Shown: positions 1 through 11,900, counted from the first letter of the stretch. The stretch: 64,000 nucleotides of DNA from Octopus sinensis (GCF_006345805.1 NW_021833742.1:1-64000); one strand, 5' to 3'. The notes: generated by a model not told the origin, from the sequence alone. Numbers and translations are program-made.

Positions 1-737
1 GAACCGAACATTCGAAAAAATCACATCTCAACTATTATTTTATCATTATTATTTATACAGTTGTTTTAAAATACATTGCTATGATACAACTCTTGGTGAA
101 CTGGGTTTGATTTCCTTTGATAATTTGAATTCTAAATTAGTTACTATGTGCTTACCTTTTACCACTCATTTTATACGAAGCGAATATCAATCCAGCAATA
201 AATAGAATAGAAAAAACTCCCAACTATATAAATAAAATACATTTTTATTATTTACGATGACTTTATGATGTACTCTGTTGGTTCCGAGTATATGAAGTCC
301 GTGGATAGCCACTGCGGCAGATGAAAGTGCGGTAGACACGAAAAATGCAAATAAAACTCTGAATTTATCTCCTTTGCAGAAATTGTGTTCAATAAGTCCA
401 ACCTGATAGACAAAGTATAGAGCAATGCCTGAAATTGCCTAGCGAGTTTATTACCGGATAAAAACCAAAAAAATTAATGAATTTAATTGTACAAATACAC
501 TAAACAGCCTCTCTCTAGCAATCATCGTTTTTTTTGTTATGTTACCGCATACATAAAATTAAAAAACCGCCGCTAAATACAATAGAATTTAACATTAAAA
601 TCCCTATTTTAAAATCACTGCGGTTATCGAATAAATTACTTTTTAATAATTTACCGTATTTTCTCTATTTTAAGTCCGTGCGTCAAAGTGAGTTTGACAG
701 TGATTTTTTTTGATTGAAAATTTATAAATTTTTTTCT

Positions 738-1390
738 TTTAACGCAGCCAAAATGATCTCGTTGATGGCGGAGTGTCTGGGTGCATGGCCAGCGCTCCTT
801 CTGCATGAAAGGGGGTGTAATCCTTTGGTATCGACTTTACTACCACATCAGCATTGGCCCTCCTAACATGCATTAAGTCTCAAGCGCATTGCTACGCCAA
901 TCCTCACAATCAGTATCGAGAAAAGTTCCAGACTGGGAGCAAAAAGGGCATTAAGCCACCATCACTTTCAGGTCTACAGCGGCAGCGAAACAAGCGAGGC
1001 GGTGGTGATCCAATGTAGGTCTGATTGCGCCAATTTTATCTTTGCTGGAGATATCATCCCATTGGCGTTTGATGGAATGGCCAATCCGTATTCCTTCCAG
1101 AGTTTGCAAGCTCCAAAGAAAACTCGGTCCTCTTCCAATCCGCGAGAGTAACGTAGGATTTAGGTGATGAGGGAGTGGCGCGTGAGGAGAGAAACGCAAG
1201 AAGGGCCATGCCCAGTGGCGAACGTAGTCTGACTCCGCCAAGGCGTAGAGGTAATTTGCAATAAGTCCATCCAGCTTATCAAAGCATATGTTTTCAGCGG
1301 CCAACTTCAGAGAAGTATCAAGAAATTGAAGCATGTCAGATTGCATTGAGCAGTTTGATGTTCGCAGCAAGTATAGAAATCTTAGCATGA
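738..1390 (-). pseudogene. Degenerate CRE-like non-LTR retrotransposon fragment (post-RT region and CCHC knuckle)
   Basis: Minus-strand translation gives KRQWDD..HHRLACFAAA, then CGSKVDTKGLHPLSCRRSAGHAPRHSAINEII, homologous to CRCGASIDQFGLHPLSCRKSAGRFPRHSALNDVI in the 2739-4448 ORF. Contains stops and frameshifts. Confidence 0.8.
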
Positions 1391-1599
1391 ATAATCCATA
1401 GTGAGTATTATCAATTTCTCAGTAATTGATAATTAGTATGTTAGTTATTGTATTTGACCATTTTGGCTAGATATATTATTAAGCTAGACTATTTAATTTA
1501 GATTCTCAGTCCCGATTATTGAAAATTTCTCTCCTCCTTTTAGGAGATAGGTTTGAAACCAGTTCCTCCTAACTCTCCATCTCCCCGTCAGATAAACTT

Positions 1600-2190
1600 T
1601 ATATTTGTCTCGTAGCTTTCAGCGGCGTATCACGGCAGCATGCCACTTTTACAAGCTGGTAAGCAGCGGAGGTGTATTCTTCGGGAGATACTCTCACTCC
1701 ATGTCTGTGTTCAACTACCATGCTTTCTAGAGTCCTTTTTAGAACAACAGACTAAATGTAAGTTCTTGTGGTTTTTTCAATGGATAATTTGTCCATATAG
1801 TTTTTGAAGTACAGTGAATACTCTCAAATTCGCCGCAAAAATTGACGGAACCAAAAATGGCGAATTTCCATTGAAACTAGAATTTTTTTAAAAAAAGGCG
1901 AATCTAAGAATTGGCGAATTTAAGAATGGCAAATTTGAGACTATTCACTGTATCTCGAAATAACGCCATCCCACGTCAAGGCAACCGGGATAATCTTTAC
2001 CTTTGCATCATAAAGTAACGAAAGTTCGTTTGCGAGTAAATCATATTTATGAAATTTCTCGATCTCGACTTGTTTGAGGCGATCTTGTGAAGTGATGCCA
2101 ACTTGGATTAAAATTATTTCTCGTTTAATTTTGTCGTAAACGAAAATATCTGGTTTATTGCATTAAACTTTTGTTTCTGTCATAATTGTC
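1600..2190 (-). pseudogene. 3' fragment of an R4/Dong-like retrotransposon (RLE domain), interrupted by a MITE
   Basis: Minus strand reads KPDIFVYDK..KYDLLANEL..LTWDGVISRYFKNYMD once 1812-1950 and one TA are removed; paralogous to the C-terminus of the 7917-10667 ORF. Confidence 0.85.
1812..1950. mobile_element. 139-bp pogo/Tigger-type MITE
   Basis: TIRs CAGTGAATACTCTCAAATTCGCC / GGCAAATTTGAGACTATTCACTG (21/23 match); TA TSD at 1810-1811 and 1951-1952; excision restores the host reading frame; shares GGAACCAAAAATGGC and AATTTCCATTGAAA motifs with the element at 28355. Confidence 0.9.
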
Positions 2191-2728
2191 GTAACTTACA
2201 TTATAAATAATCGATTATTTCCTTGGTTAATACACTCCAAATTAAAAGCAGAAACCTAGATTTAAAACTTATGTGCATAAGTAGCATTTCTTTGTTAAAA
2301 ATTGATAAATGATTAAAATAATAATTACGCAGAAAATAAACTATTCAGCATTTCGGATCGTGCACAAAAATTCGTGTTCTTTATAATAAAATAAAACTCG
2401 CATGATTATTCCTTAACTATCATATCTCCAGAATGTGGGATTTATCATTTCCTTAGAGAATTTTCACATTTTATTAAATTAGTGGCCATCATTCTCGTAA
2501 TTTAATTGCAATCATGTTGTATCAATATGAAATATAATCATTGGCCAATAAGCACACACAAAAATAAAAAACCAGCACGTTATTTAATTTTATTTGTATA
2601 AAATAATGAACTTTATTTATTACAATAAAATAATTAACAAAAAAATTTATAAATTTATACATTTTGAACCACCTCTTATGTCTATACAATAAACTGAAAA
2701 AAATTTTATATTAAAAAATACAAACAAT

Positions 2729-4280
2729 TATTGTTAAATTGGACATCTCTAATGCATTTAACACCATTCGCCGCGACTCTATATTGGAGAACTGTCTTGA
2801 ATTTTGTCCCGAAATATACAACTATGTACTCAGCTCATACGCGAAACCATCCACCCTCGTCCATGGCCCTTACCATATTTCCTCGTCCTCTGGGGTTCAA
2901 CAAGGAGACCCATTGGGTCCTGTTCTCTTTTGCCTTGGAATTAATCACATTGTTAAGAGCTGCTCAACCCCGCTAAATGTTTGGTACCTTGATGACTGCA
3001 CCCTCAGAGGTCATCCCGAAACTATCTTCAAGACGCTCGTTGACCTAATTCCGAGACTTGAATGCGTTGGTCTTATACTGAACACTTCAAAAAGTGAAAT
3101 CATTAATTTTGGGTTCCGTGGTGATGAATTCGAGGTTATTGTTTCCTTTTTCAGTGAGATAATTCCCGGAGCGTCCATCACGCCTAGTATCAGTGTGGAG
3201 ATATTAGGCTGCCCATTGACAGATGGTAGAATCAAGGACGCTCTTGAAACTAAGGAAATGCTACTGGAAAAGACTTTTGTTCGTCTTAATTTGTTGGACC
3301 CACATACAGCCTTCTTCCTGCTCAAAAATGCCCTTGGCATCCAAAAACTAAATCAAGTGCTACGAGGGTCACCCTGCTTCTCAGAAAATGATCAACTTCA
3401 TTCTATTAATGTCCTTTTCCGGAAAACAACCGAACGCATCATAAACATCAAATTCGACGATCAAGGCTGGAAACAAGCTTCCCTTCCTGTCTCCTTTGGA
3501 GGTCTTGACATCCGAAATCATATCGATGTGTCCCGCCCCGCATTCCTGTCTTCACTGTACAGCAGTCAAACTCTGGTTCGGAAGATTCTCTATCTCCTCC
3601 CCGAATCTTCAATACCTAAGATGACTACCTACTTTGACAGTTGGAGCGCAAACGAATCGAAGCTGCCGTCGGACTTCTCCTCACAGAAGAGTTATGACAA
3701 GATTGTGTGCGAAGGTCGGTTCGAGAGTCTCCTAAAGACATCGAATCAACACCATAGAGCATGCTTGCTTGCCTGGAGGTCCACGGGGAGTGGAGAATGG
3801 TTGGAAGCCTTCCCGATCGGAAGCTTGGGGACTCTCTTGGATTCTGACAGACTGCGAGTTGGTATCTGTCTACGTATCGGTCTCAAAGTTTGTGAACCAC
3901 ACAAATGCCGCTGTGGTGCATCGATTGATCAATTTGGACTTCACCCTCTTTCTTGTCGAAAAAGCGCTGGTAGATTCCCGAGGCATTCAGCTCTCAACGA
4001 CGTTATAAGAAGAGCTCTCGATTCAATCAGATTCCCATCAGTGCTGGAACCACCTGGATTAGACCGAGGAGATGGAAAACGCCCAGACGGGATGACTATC
4101 TTTCTGTTTTTGGAGGGAAAGCCTCTCGTATGGGATTCAACATGTTCCGACTCCTTGTCCAAGACAAACATGTTGGAAAGTGCCTGCAATGCAGGCACAG
4201 CTGCGAATAAAGCAGAAGACATCAAAAAGAAATATGATGGGCTCACCGATCGTTGCGTTTTCCGGCCGGTTGCTGTCGAA
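2729..4280 (+). mobile_element. 5'- and 3'-truncated CRE-like non-LTR retrotransposon (RT, CCHC, PD-D endonuclease)
   Basis: ORF 2739-4448: LDISNAFN, GVQQGDPLGP, WYLDD, CRCG..HPLSC..RH, RPDG..WDST. Starts within the RT core and breaks off at PVAVE, where an integrase fragment is fused in frame. Confidence 0.88.
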
Positions 4281-4490
4281 AAATATTCGATCAAGCATGT
4301 GCGTGGTAGGGCACGAGCGCCCTGGATACAAGGGCAAGTAGAGAGGTTGCCTGATGGTTTTAATTTTTTAAGGTTCAACCAAAGCATAAAACGTTGGATA
4401 TCTTCAGCAAGTGCCTCTCGTGGATATAATCAAAGACATTGTTTGTGATTACAATAACACAATACATTCCACAATAGGAAAAGTCCCACT
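4278..4490 (+). pseudogene. Ginger-like DDE integrase fragment (copy 1) with a 27-nt intron
   Basis: EKYSIKHVRGRARAPWIQGQVER/FNQSIKRW; GT-AG intron 4346-4372 splits the Arg codon of VER; paralogous to 6720-6860. Confidence 0.8.
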
Positions 4491-4828
4491 GCATTTCTAA
4501 AAATGGCTCAAAGTTGCGTTTTTTTTGTATCGAAGACACTGAACTTAAGTTAAAATTCATTGAAGTAGTGTATTTGTTTATTTAAATTAGGCTCAACACA
4601 ATCTTAATTACTTTGGACGTGATAAATTTTACAGTTTATTGACACTCACCATTTATAGTGCCAGACGTACTGATGTGGCATCTGTGGTATCTAAATGTGT
4701 TTATTGTCAGGTAAATTACCAATTTTATTAATTCTAGTCGAAACGATTGCTTGCGACTAAACCAGCAATAACGCCTATTATTGCTTCTTCCCCAAGAGAA
4801 CGATACATTGTACACCTTTTTGGTATCA

Positions 4829-5021
4829 AATATCCGAACTGAGATGTCAAACGTCATTATTGTGGTTTCTAATATCCGAACTGAGATGTCAAACGTCATT
4901 ATTGTGTTTTCTAATATTCGAACTGAGATGTCAAACGTCATTACTGTGGTTTCTAATATCCGAACTGAGATGTCAAATGTCATTATTGTGTTTTCTAATA
5001 TTCGAACTGAGATGTCAAATA
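4829..5021 (+). repeat. 42-bp tandem array (about 4.5 units) in the left arm of the Tc1-like element
   Basis: Unit AATAT(C/T)CGAACTGAGATGTCAAACGTCATTATTGTG(G/T)TTTCT starts at 4829, 4871, 4913, 4955 and 4997; two variants alternate, giving an 84-bp higher-order period. Confidence 0.95.
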
Positions 5022-5057
5022 TGTTAATGTCAAAATTACGTATCTAAAAAAATATAA

Positions 5058-6221
5058 ATGGATTTTTGTTCGTTCGAAATGAATACTTTTGTTAAAACTA
5101 TGAATACTTCTTCTCGTGTTAGTGAAACATATAATAAAACAAATTTGGAAGCCAAAATGAGAATTATATCTGCTTATGAAAATGATGATGCAGATTGGCA
5201 TATTGTGGCGGAATCGAATGGAGTTAAGCGAAATACAGCTTATAAATGGATACGAAATGCTTCACAACCTAATAAAAAACGCGGAGGATTCAGATGGTCA
5301 AAAATCACAGACAATGAAATATCGAGAATGATAAACTATGTTGAGGAAAATCCTGTCATCACTTTAAGCGAAATTTGTGCGAGACTACTTAATGAAACTG
5401 GAATTTCTATCCATTATTCGACAGCTGCTAAATATTTACATGGAAAATTATTTACAGTTAAAAAAGTATTTTTATATTGGTAAAGGCAAGGTTATAACTG
5501 AAACCAATTTAATGAATTCAGAAGCAAACAAGATGAAAAGGAAAGAATATGTCGAAAAAATAATAAATAGAAAAAGTCGAGACAAAAATATAATTTATAT
5601 GGACGAAACTAATGTAAACTTATTTTTAAGAAAAACTCAAGTATAATTTATTAATGTTGATTTTAGAAGGGGCGCTCGTTAAAAGGGAAAAGATGCATTT
5701 TAAAGACTGCAGCAAACAAGGGACAAAATATTCACATAATTGGAGCCATTAATGAGAACAAATTAATATATTGGGAACGAAGACGCGGACATTTTAAAAA
5801 AGAGGATTGCCAGCAATGGTTCAGAAATATGATCAGAACTACAAATGAAAAATATTCAGAAATTTGTATTGTGATAGACAACGCACCGGTACATTCACAG
5901 TTAGAGAAAATGATTGGAGAAGAATTTCGAGATATTGAAATTATAAGATTGGGACCTTACAGTGCACCATTAAATCTAATAGAGGAATGCTGGAGCGTGC
6001 TTAAGAGTAAACTAAAAAGAAAAATGGCGACAACTGATTTTGTAAGTGCAGAAAATGGACTCACCCTAAAAGAAACCAGGCTACGAATTTTAGAAAATTG
6101 CATAGACACTTGTATTTCTGCAATAACACCAAGAATTTGCTCACGAACATGCAATCATGTTCAGAAACATTTTCCAAGTATTATCGAGATGAACGATTTA
6201 ACTCCCGATGACAATATTTAG
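5058..6221 (+). CDS. DD34E transposase, 3 exons (5058-5465, 5491-5640, 5667/5670-6221), about 370 aa
   Basis: Two phase-0 GT-AG introns (25 nt; 26 or 29 nt) join the three ORF pieces with no stop. HTH N-terminus, YMDETN, VIDNAPVH, LGPYSAPLNLIEE with 34 residues between D and E; AATAAA about 20 nt after the stop. Confidence 0.88.
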
Positions 6222-6289
6222 CAACTTAACATTGATTTCATCAATAAATATCATTTTTTCACTATTGTGCAGAAAATATAGGAACGGAC

Positions 6290-6462
6290 ATTTGACATCA
6301 CAGTTCGTATATTAGAAAACACAATCATGACGTTTGACATCTCAGTTCGGATATTAGAAACCACAATAATGACATTTGACATCTCGGTTCGGATATTAGA
6401 AAACACAATAATGACGTTTAACATCTCAGTTCGGATATTTGACATCCTAGTTCGGATATTCG
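6290..6462 (-). repeat. Inverted 42-bp tandem array (about 3.5 units) in the right arm of the Tc1-like element
   Basis: Reverse complement of the 4829-5021 unit, plus a shortened unit next to the terminus. Confidence 0.93.
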
Positions 6463-7433
6463 ATACCAAAAAGGTGTAAATCTTATCGATTTAAGACGCT
6501 ATTCGACCCGAAATGAAAATTATTCCTGGGTAATTTAGTAATCTAAATAATAGATTCTTGTTTTATTGGATTCCTTTTCAAAATTTGCTATGGTAGAATG
6601 TGCTTTTACCAAATCAGCTAAGGAGATCCGCGGAATCCTAGATGATATGTTTTGTATTATCAAGGGTCCACTTATTCTCCATACTGATAATGGCAACAAG
6701 TTTAGAAATTCTGAAATAAAACAACTTTGTGAAGAATACGAAATTGACCATGTTACCGGACGACCACGAGCCCCGTGGATACAAGGGCAAGTTGAAAGGT
6801 ATTTCTGTGTTTAATTTCAAAAGAATTAACCAATCTTTAAAACGATGGATCTTATCCACGAGTGCATCAAATGGAAATTTTGGATGCTATAAAACATGCG
6901 TGAAGAAAATAGCAAGAGACTACAATAAATCCGTCCGCGAAACTACAAAACAAAGGCCTTTTGACCTCTTGTTCGGAACTGATTTGGAGAAACCAAATAA
7001 AAAACTAACAAATTCTGAGGTCGTGAAAAAAAGGAAAAAAGCCCTTGAAAATATTGTAAAATCGAGAGAAAAAATGAAAAGGCGGAGAAAATGGAAATAT
7101 GATGAAGTTGAAAGTGGCGATAAAATTTTAATACGCCATGATGGGGATGCAAACCCGGGTTATAGAAAATACCCATTATACGACGAGATATCTGCACAAA
7201 AATATATTGTGAAAAATAGGGATCGAGAACTCGTAACGATAATTAATGAAGAGGATGAAAAAGATCAAAGGATATATATTAGCAGAGTAAAAAAACTTGG
7301 TTCTTTTCTATTTCATGAATCACGAAAATAAGCACTAATTTAACTGCAAATATTCATGGGGTTTGTTCTGTGTTTTTGCTCGTATCATATTTACTTAATT
7401 GTGAAATAATTGTGCCATTGTTACAAATTCGAC

Positions 7434-7493
7434 GCGGCCGAAGGCCGCATAGGGAAAAATATTTACATTGAATCATCCGGCCGTAGGCCGGAT
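7434..7493. other. Pair of perfect GC-rich hairpins with GNA triloops near the Ginger-like right end
   Basis: GCGGCC-GAA-GGCCGC (7434-7448) and ATCCGGCC-GTA-GGCCGGAT (7475-7493) in otherwise very AT-rich DNA. Confidence 0.85.
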
Positions 7494-7879
7494 TGTATTT
7501 TAGAGTTTTAATGATAAAAATAGAAATTTACAACATTTTTAAAAATTAAAAATGGATTTTCTAATAAACTTTATTGTTGAGAATTGTTTGGCTAACCTTG
7601 GTTAAAGCGTTTTTAAATAAAATGCAAAATCAATACGGTAATTATGTGGAAATGACTGGATGTTGGTTTTTTATGAACTCAGTAACTTCAATATTTTGGC
7701 AAAAATAATATTAAAATCAACAAAAGAATGAACAGAAAAAGAAAATAACTTCCGAAAGGTAGTTTTTATTAAAAATTTTATACATAACCGATCTGGCGCC
7801 CCGACATATCTGGACGGTGACATTATATAATAAGAATCGTTATACTTTTTAATTTTTTTTTCCAAGAAAACCAATGTTT

Positions 7880-10800
7880 AATAAAAATTAATTATGTAAA
7901 TTCTATCTTAAATTATTTAAGAATCCAGATCGTCAGTGATTTCTCTTCTTCGCTTAGAAGAAGAGTTTGCAACAAAATTCTCATCATTTTCCATTTCTGC
8001 GTCAAAGTAATTGTTCAACTGAGTGTCCTCACGACATGCCAGCTCCGCAAGTTGATTGGCGGCAGAGGCGTACTCCTCGTTGTCTACCTTCATCCCATGT
8101 CTGTGTTCAATAAGCATACTCTCTAGAGTCCTCTTCAGCACAACCGACTGGATGTATGTCCTCGTTCCTTCTTCAATGGATAACTTGTCCATATGACTTT
8201 TAAAGAACTTTGAGACAACTCCATCCCATGTCAAGACAATTGGAATAATCTTCACTTTTGCTTCATAGAGAACTGACAGTTCGTTTGCAAGCAGGTCATA
8301 TTTGTGAAATTTCTCCACTTCAACTTGCTTTAAACGGTCTTGCGAGGTAACTCCCACTTCGATTAAATGAATTTCTCTTTTCCTCTTGTCATAAACGAAG
8401 ATATCAGGTTTATTGAATTGAACCTTTGTTTCAGTCATAATTGAAGTGTCAACTCTGATTTCGACATTTTGGGTCGACATTGTTGACACGACTGAATGTC
8501 CTTTCAATTTCCTGCTTCGTTTTATTCCATACATTCGACACAAGTGGAGATGAATACACTTTACCACTTCGTTGTGTCTTCGGAGATAATCACTGTTTAG
8601 CATCCTACCACACCGCGTGGCTAGATGGTCAACAGTCTGCCTGCTTTTTTTGCAGTGGACGCATAGTGATCCCGTGTATGCAAAGAACAAATTCCTATCT
8701 TGCAAAAGACAGTACAATGCTTCGCTTCGTGGACCATTGTTCCCTTTCGATAGCCATTGCGAAGAAGTAGATATGTCGACATCTGATTCCTCCATACATT
8801 TGAACATCACCGAGTGTAGTGATTTACTGTTAATTCGGTTAAGCAAGAGTTTCCTTTGTGCGTCCTTCAGTAACTCAATGGTCAGATTTTCCCTGCCGAC
8901 AGCTGCATATTTGGAGACAAGAAATTCTGCGATTGTGGCTAAGTGCCATTTTTTTCCTTTTATTACTCGCAGAATACCCGACCTCCGCAGACAGGTAGTC
9001 GACTGTTTTTCCAAACTTTTAAGAAACTGGAAGAGCATTAATTCGCTTTTGAAAGAAATTGAGGCAAGTCCTCTTCCAAGGGTCTTGCGGTCCAAATACA
9101 ACCTCTCCTTATTTGCAGGCTGGAGGTGTAACTTGAGAGTCGTAAGTAATCGGCGTATTTGTTGGTCAATCTCATCAAATTCGTAAGGTTCGATATTGAT
9201 TAGCCCAATATAATAATTATATAGGGATAATGCATATTCATTGATTCCACGAAACAAATTTACAGCATTCAGGTTTGTTTTTGACAACATAGTTATCCTC
9301 TTCTTGACATTCTCCAATATGGAGTCCATAACTTTATTCTTGAGAACATTACTTCCGCCATCTTCAAGTACACCCAAGTAGCGATATCCGTTGATTCCAT
9401 CGACAGTCTCACAGCATGATAAAGATTCCACATTAGATGCTGATTTTTCGGAATTCATCTCTAGGCCGACACTTTCAAAAAATCCATTAACAGCCTCCAT
9501 CATTTTGACTAACACATCTTCTTTGAGGGCAACTATTTTCAGATCGTCAATAAAGAAGAAATGATTGGTGGAGTATGTCAACATATTGGGATCTTCCCGA
9601 CTAATTTCGAGTTTGGGAAACATGGAGTTAAGCATCCTGCTTAGGGGATCCATCGCCATAACGAATAGCAGCGGGGACAATGAATCTCCTTGGAGTATTC
9701 CCCGGCTTAACTTTACTTTCCCAATTCTTTTCCCATCGATATGTAAGTTTACTGTCCACTTCTTGACTATGTTCTTTACAAAGCTGACAATCCAATGTGG
9801 TATTCCAGAGCAATCCAATACGTGGAACAAGAACTCGTGATCAACTGAGTCAAATGCCTTCTTCACATCGACCCAAGCAGAATAGAGGCCATTTCCATAC
9901 TCCTTATTTAAGCATTGGTTAATGAGGGCTTGCTCTTTGGCGCCTTGACATTGCTTCCTCGTTCCAAGCTGATTATCTGAGATTAAGCCAAATGCCTCGA
10001 TGAAATCGGCCAGTTTGGCATTAACACATTTGGTGACAAGTTTATACAAAGTTGGCATACACGTTATAGGGCGTAAGTCCTTCGGGGTCTCACACTCACT
10101 TTTTTTAGGGATCAAGTAAGTTACGCCAGTGTAAAACCAGCTATCAGGCGTGTACTCTCCATTAATTATTCGGACTATCTCTTTACACAGAAACCCATGC
10201 AAAGAATCCATCTTCTTTAAGAAAAAGTTATACGTTCCGTCGCATCCGCATGCCTTCCAGTCAGGTGCATATTTGAGCATATCCATAATAAAATCACTTG
10301 TGAATTGAGGTCGCATGGTTTCACCGCCAGTACACCTCACACCCACAAAATCATAAACTACGGGCCCCATATTTTTCTTGCTCCAGACATCTTCCCAAAA
10401 TGATAAGCACTCACCATCACCAAACCCATACAGGGTGGCTTCGTTGCTCGAAGATAAGTTTCGATAAAATCTTCTGCGGTTTAATTCAAAACACGCATTG
10501 TCTTTCCGGAAATTTTTCCTCGAGGAATGGATAGATATCTGTTTCTTTTTGATTCTAATTAGATCATTCAATAGAGTCTCAATTCTGGTTAGCTCCCCCT
10601 TCTTAGACTTCTTATATCCGTAGCGGCAGAGAACATCCATTGCCTTTTGCTTTTCTGCCTGAGGCAAGGTTTGTTTGGAGAAGGAACGAACTGTGTCAAT
10701 TTCATCTGCTAATTTAGAGATTTTTTTCCGTGTTTTCCAACCATGTGCTCTGTGGTCTGGCTCTCGTAGTTAAGGCCAAATAAGCACACTGTGCAGCATA

Positions 10801-11450
10801 TAGAATATCGGTAATTTGATTAATATCTTGGGGCGGATCATCTTTTGTAATATGATAAATTGCAGAATTTAATCCAGCCAGGATATCAGTTTTTACCATC
10901 CTTCGTTGCACCTTTGGAGTTGGCTTTCGAGAGTCTCTCTGAATAGACTGAACTTTCCCAATTTGGAATTTGAGTTCCTCTAGGCAATTTCTAAAACTGG
11001 AAATTTCTACGTCCACATCATCTTGCACTCTGGAAGAGTCGCATCTCCCTTGCACATTGTTATTCCGTCTAGCCATGCTCTTTAGTTGGCATAAACTGGA
11101 GCACTTTGCCGAGTACTTCTCATTGAACTTCTCCAGGACAAGGTTCCAACCACCTCTTGGCATCCTTCCAAGTCTTTGCTTCGCGGCAAGGGCAATCTGA
11201 GACACCCATTCGCCTTCAGAGACACCATTGACATTTCCGATGATCGCAGAAAGAGAATGCAAGTTAGTTTTGGCAGCATCACCAACAAGATCTTCTTTAA
11301 CACCATTAGCTCTTGTGGCATTGTGAGGTCCCATAGGCGACGGTCCTGTCTTTTTTAAGTTCTTTTTATTTGCAGGAAGGCCCGTAGGTTTCGTTTTCCT
11401 TAACTGCTTGAAACGTACATGCACACACCACAACAACTATGCTCATATAC
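7880..11450 (-). mobile_element. Near full-length R4/Dong-like non-LTR retrotransposon A (RT, CCHC, RLE)
   Basis: ORFs 11436-10714 and 10667-7917 are separated by one frameshift near an A-run. LRPITC, WVDVKKAFDS, GILQGDSLSP, FFIDD, CVHC..HLATRC..RRHN, KPDI..IEVG..KYDLLA. Ends approximate. Confidence 0.9.
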
Positions 11451-11506
11451 TTTTTAATAGAATACATTTCAAAGAAATGTTTTGATACATTTTCCAATCA
11501 AAAAGC

Positions 11507-11760
11507 ATGCTTTTCTGTTACTTGTCTGAAAACCTCGATTATAAATGGATTTCGATTATAGACCGGATAACCAGTTCATATAACTCAACGGTGCATTCCA
11601 CTACGTCGTTTGCACCGTTCAGAATTATGTTTGGAGAAAATGCCGATCAGTCTGCAAACATACACTATAGCCAAGAACTTAATCTCCTATTCGCAAATTT
11701 GGATTCATTCAACATGGATGAAAAAGATGAAGTAGAGAATTATATGGCTTGGAAATGGTT
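11507..11760 (+). pseudogene. Integrase C-terminal fragment (Ginger/gypsy-type)
   Basis: KWISIIDRITSSYNSTVHSTTSFAPFRIMFG matches the W..YN..H..T..PF..FG integrase tail motif. Confidence 0.7.
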
Positions 11761-11818
11761 TCAGCCTGCAATCATTCTCAATTCGCGTGTCCATTTATCC
11801 GACTGTGACATAACATAA

Positions 11819-11900
11819 AATGGACTGGTCACCAAATACCATCAACGGTACTTAAGACAGCTGGATGTAGATAAGTCTCTACAGGCTTATATACAGTCAA
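11819..11900 (+). pseudogene. Short fragment of R4-like element B
   Basis: Near-identical to the reverse complement of about 15678-15758 (GGACTGGTCACCAAATACCA...GGCTTATATACAGTCAA). Confidence 0.85.

Larger units (their letters stand above)
4813..6476 (+). mobile_element. IS630/Tc1-superfamily DNA transposon with tandem-repeat (Foldback-like) inverted termini
   Basis: TIR CACCTTTTTGGTATC(A/G)AATATCCGAACT at both ends; TA TSD 4811-4812 and 6477-6478; inverted 42-bp arrays in both arms; central transposase gene. Confidence 0.93.
4495..7535 (+). mobile_element. Ginger/Tdd-like integrase-encoding DNA transposon (copy 2), intron-containing, 5'-truncated, interrupted by a Tc1-like element
   Basis: Removing 4813-6476 and introns 4565-4590, 4711-4737, 6530-6553 and 6799-6823 gives one frame: H..GRDK..CVYC zinc knuckle, PRERYIVNLID, LDSFSKF, HTDNGNKF, GRPRAPWIQGQVER, YN..PFDLLFG, stop at 7331. 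Putative right end TTTACAACA at 7535. No RT, gag or LTR seen. Confidence 0.78.

Noticed and set aside
4829-5021. 42-bp repeats as a CRISPR array
   Set aside because: Units are contiguous with no unique spacers, are mirrored at 6290-6462 as transposon arms, and there are no cas genes in this eukaryotic context.
4636-5047. Repeat-peptide ORFs (TFDISVRILE / SNIRTEMSNV), also at 6251-6469
   Set aside because: By-product of a stop-free 42-bp (3n) tandem unit in the TIR arms.
4801-6488. Palindromic target CGATA-N5-TA-N5-TATCG around the Tc1 insertion
   Set aside because: A single instance within integrase coding sequence; it cannot be told from chance.
7793-7806. TGGCGCCCCGAC as an LTR primer-binding site
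   Set aside because: No LTR pair or gag/pol follows; the match is too short.
10700-10740. Programmed ribosomal frameshift between the ORFs of element A
   Set aside because: R4-clade elements have a single ORF, and similar homopolymer indels occur throughout the window, so error or mutation is more likely.
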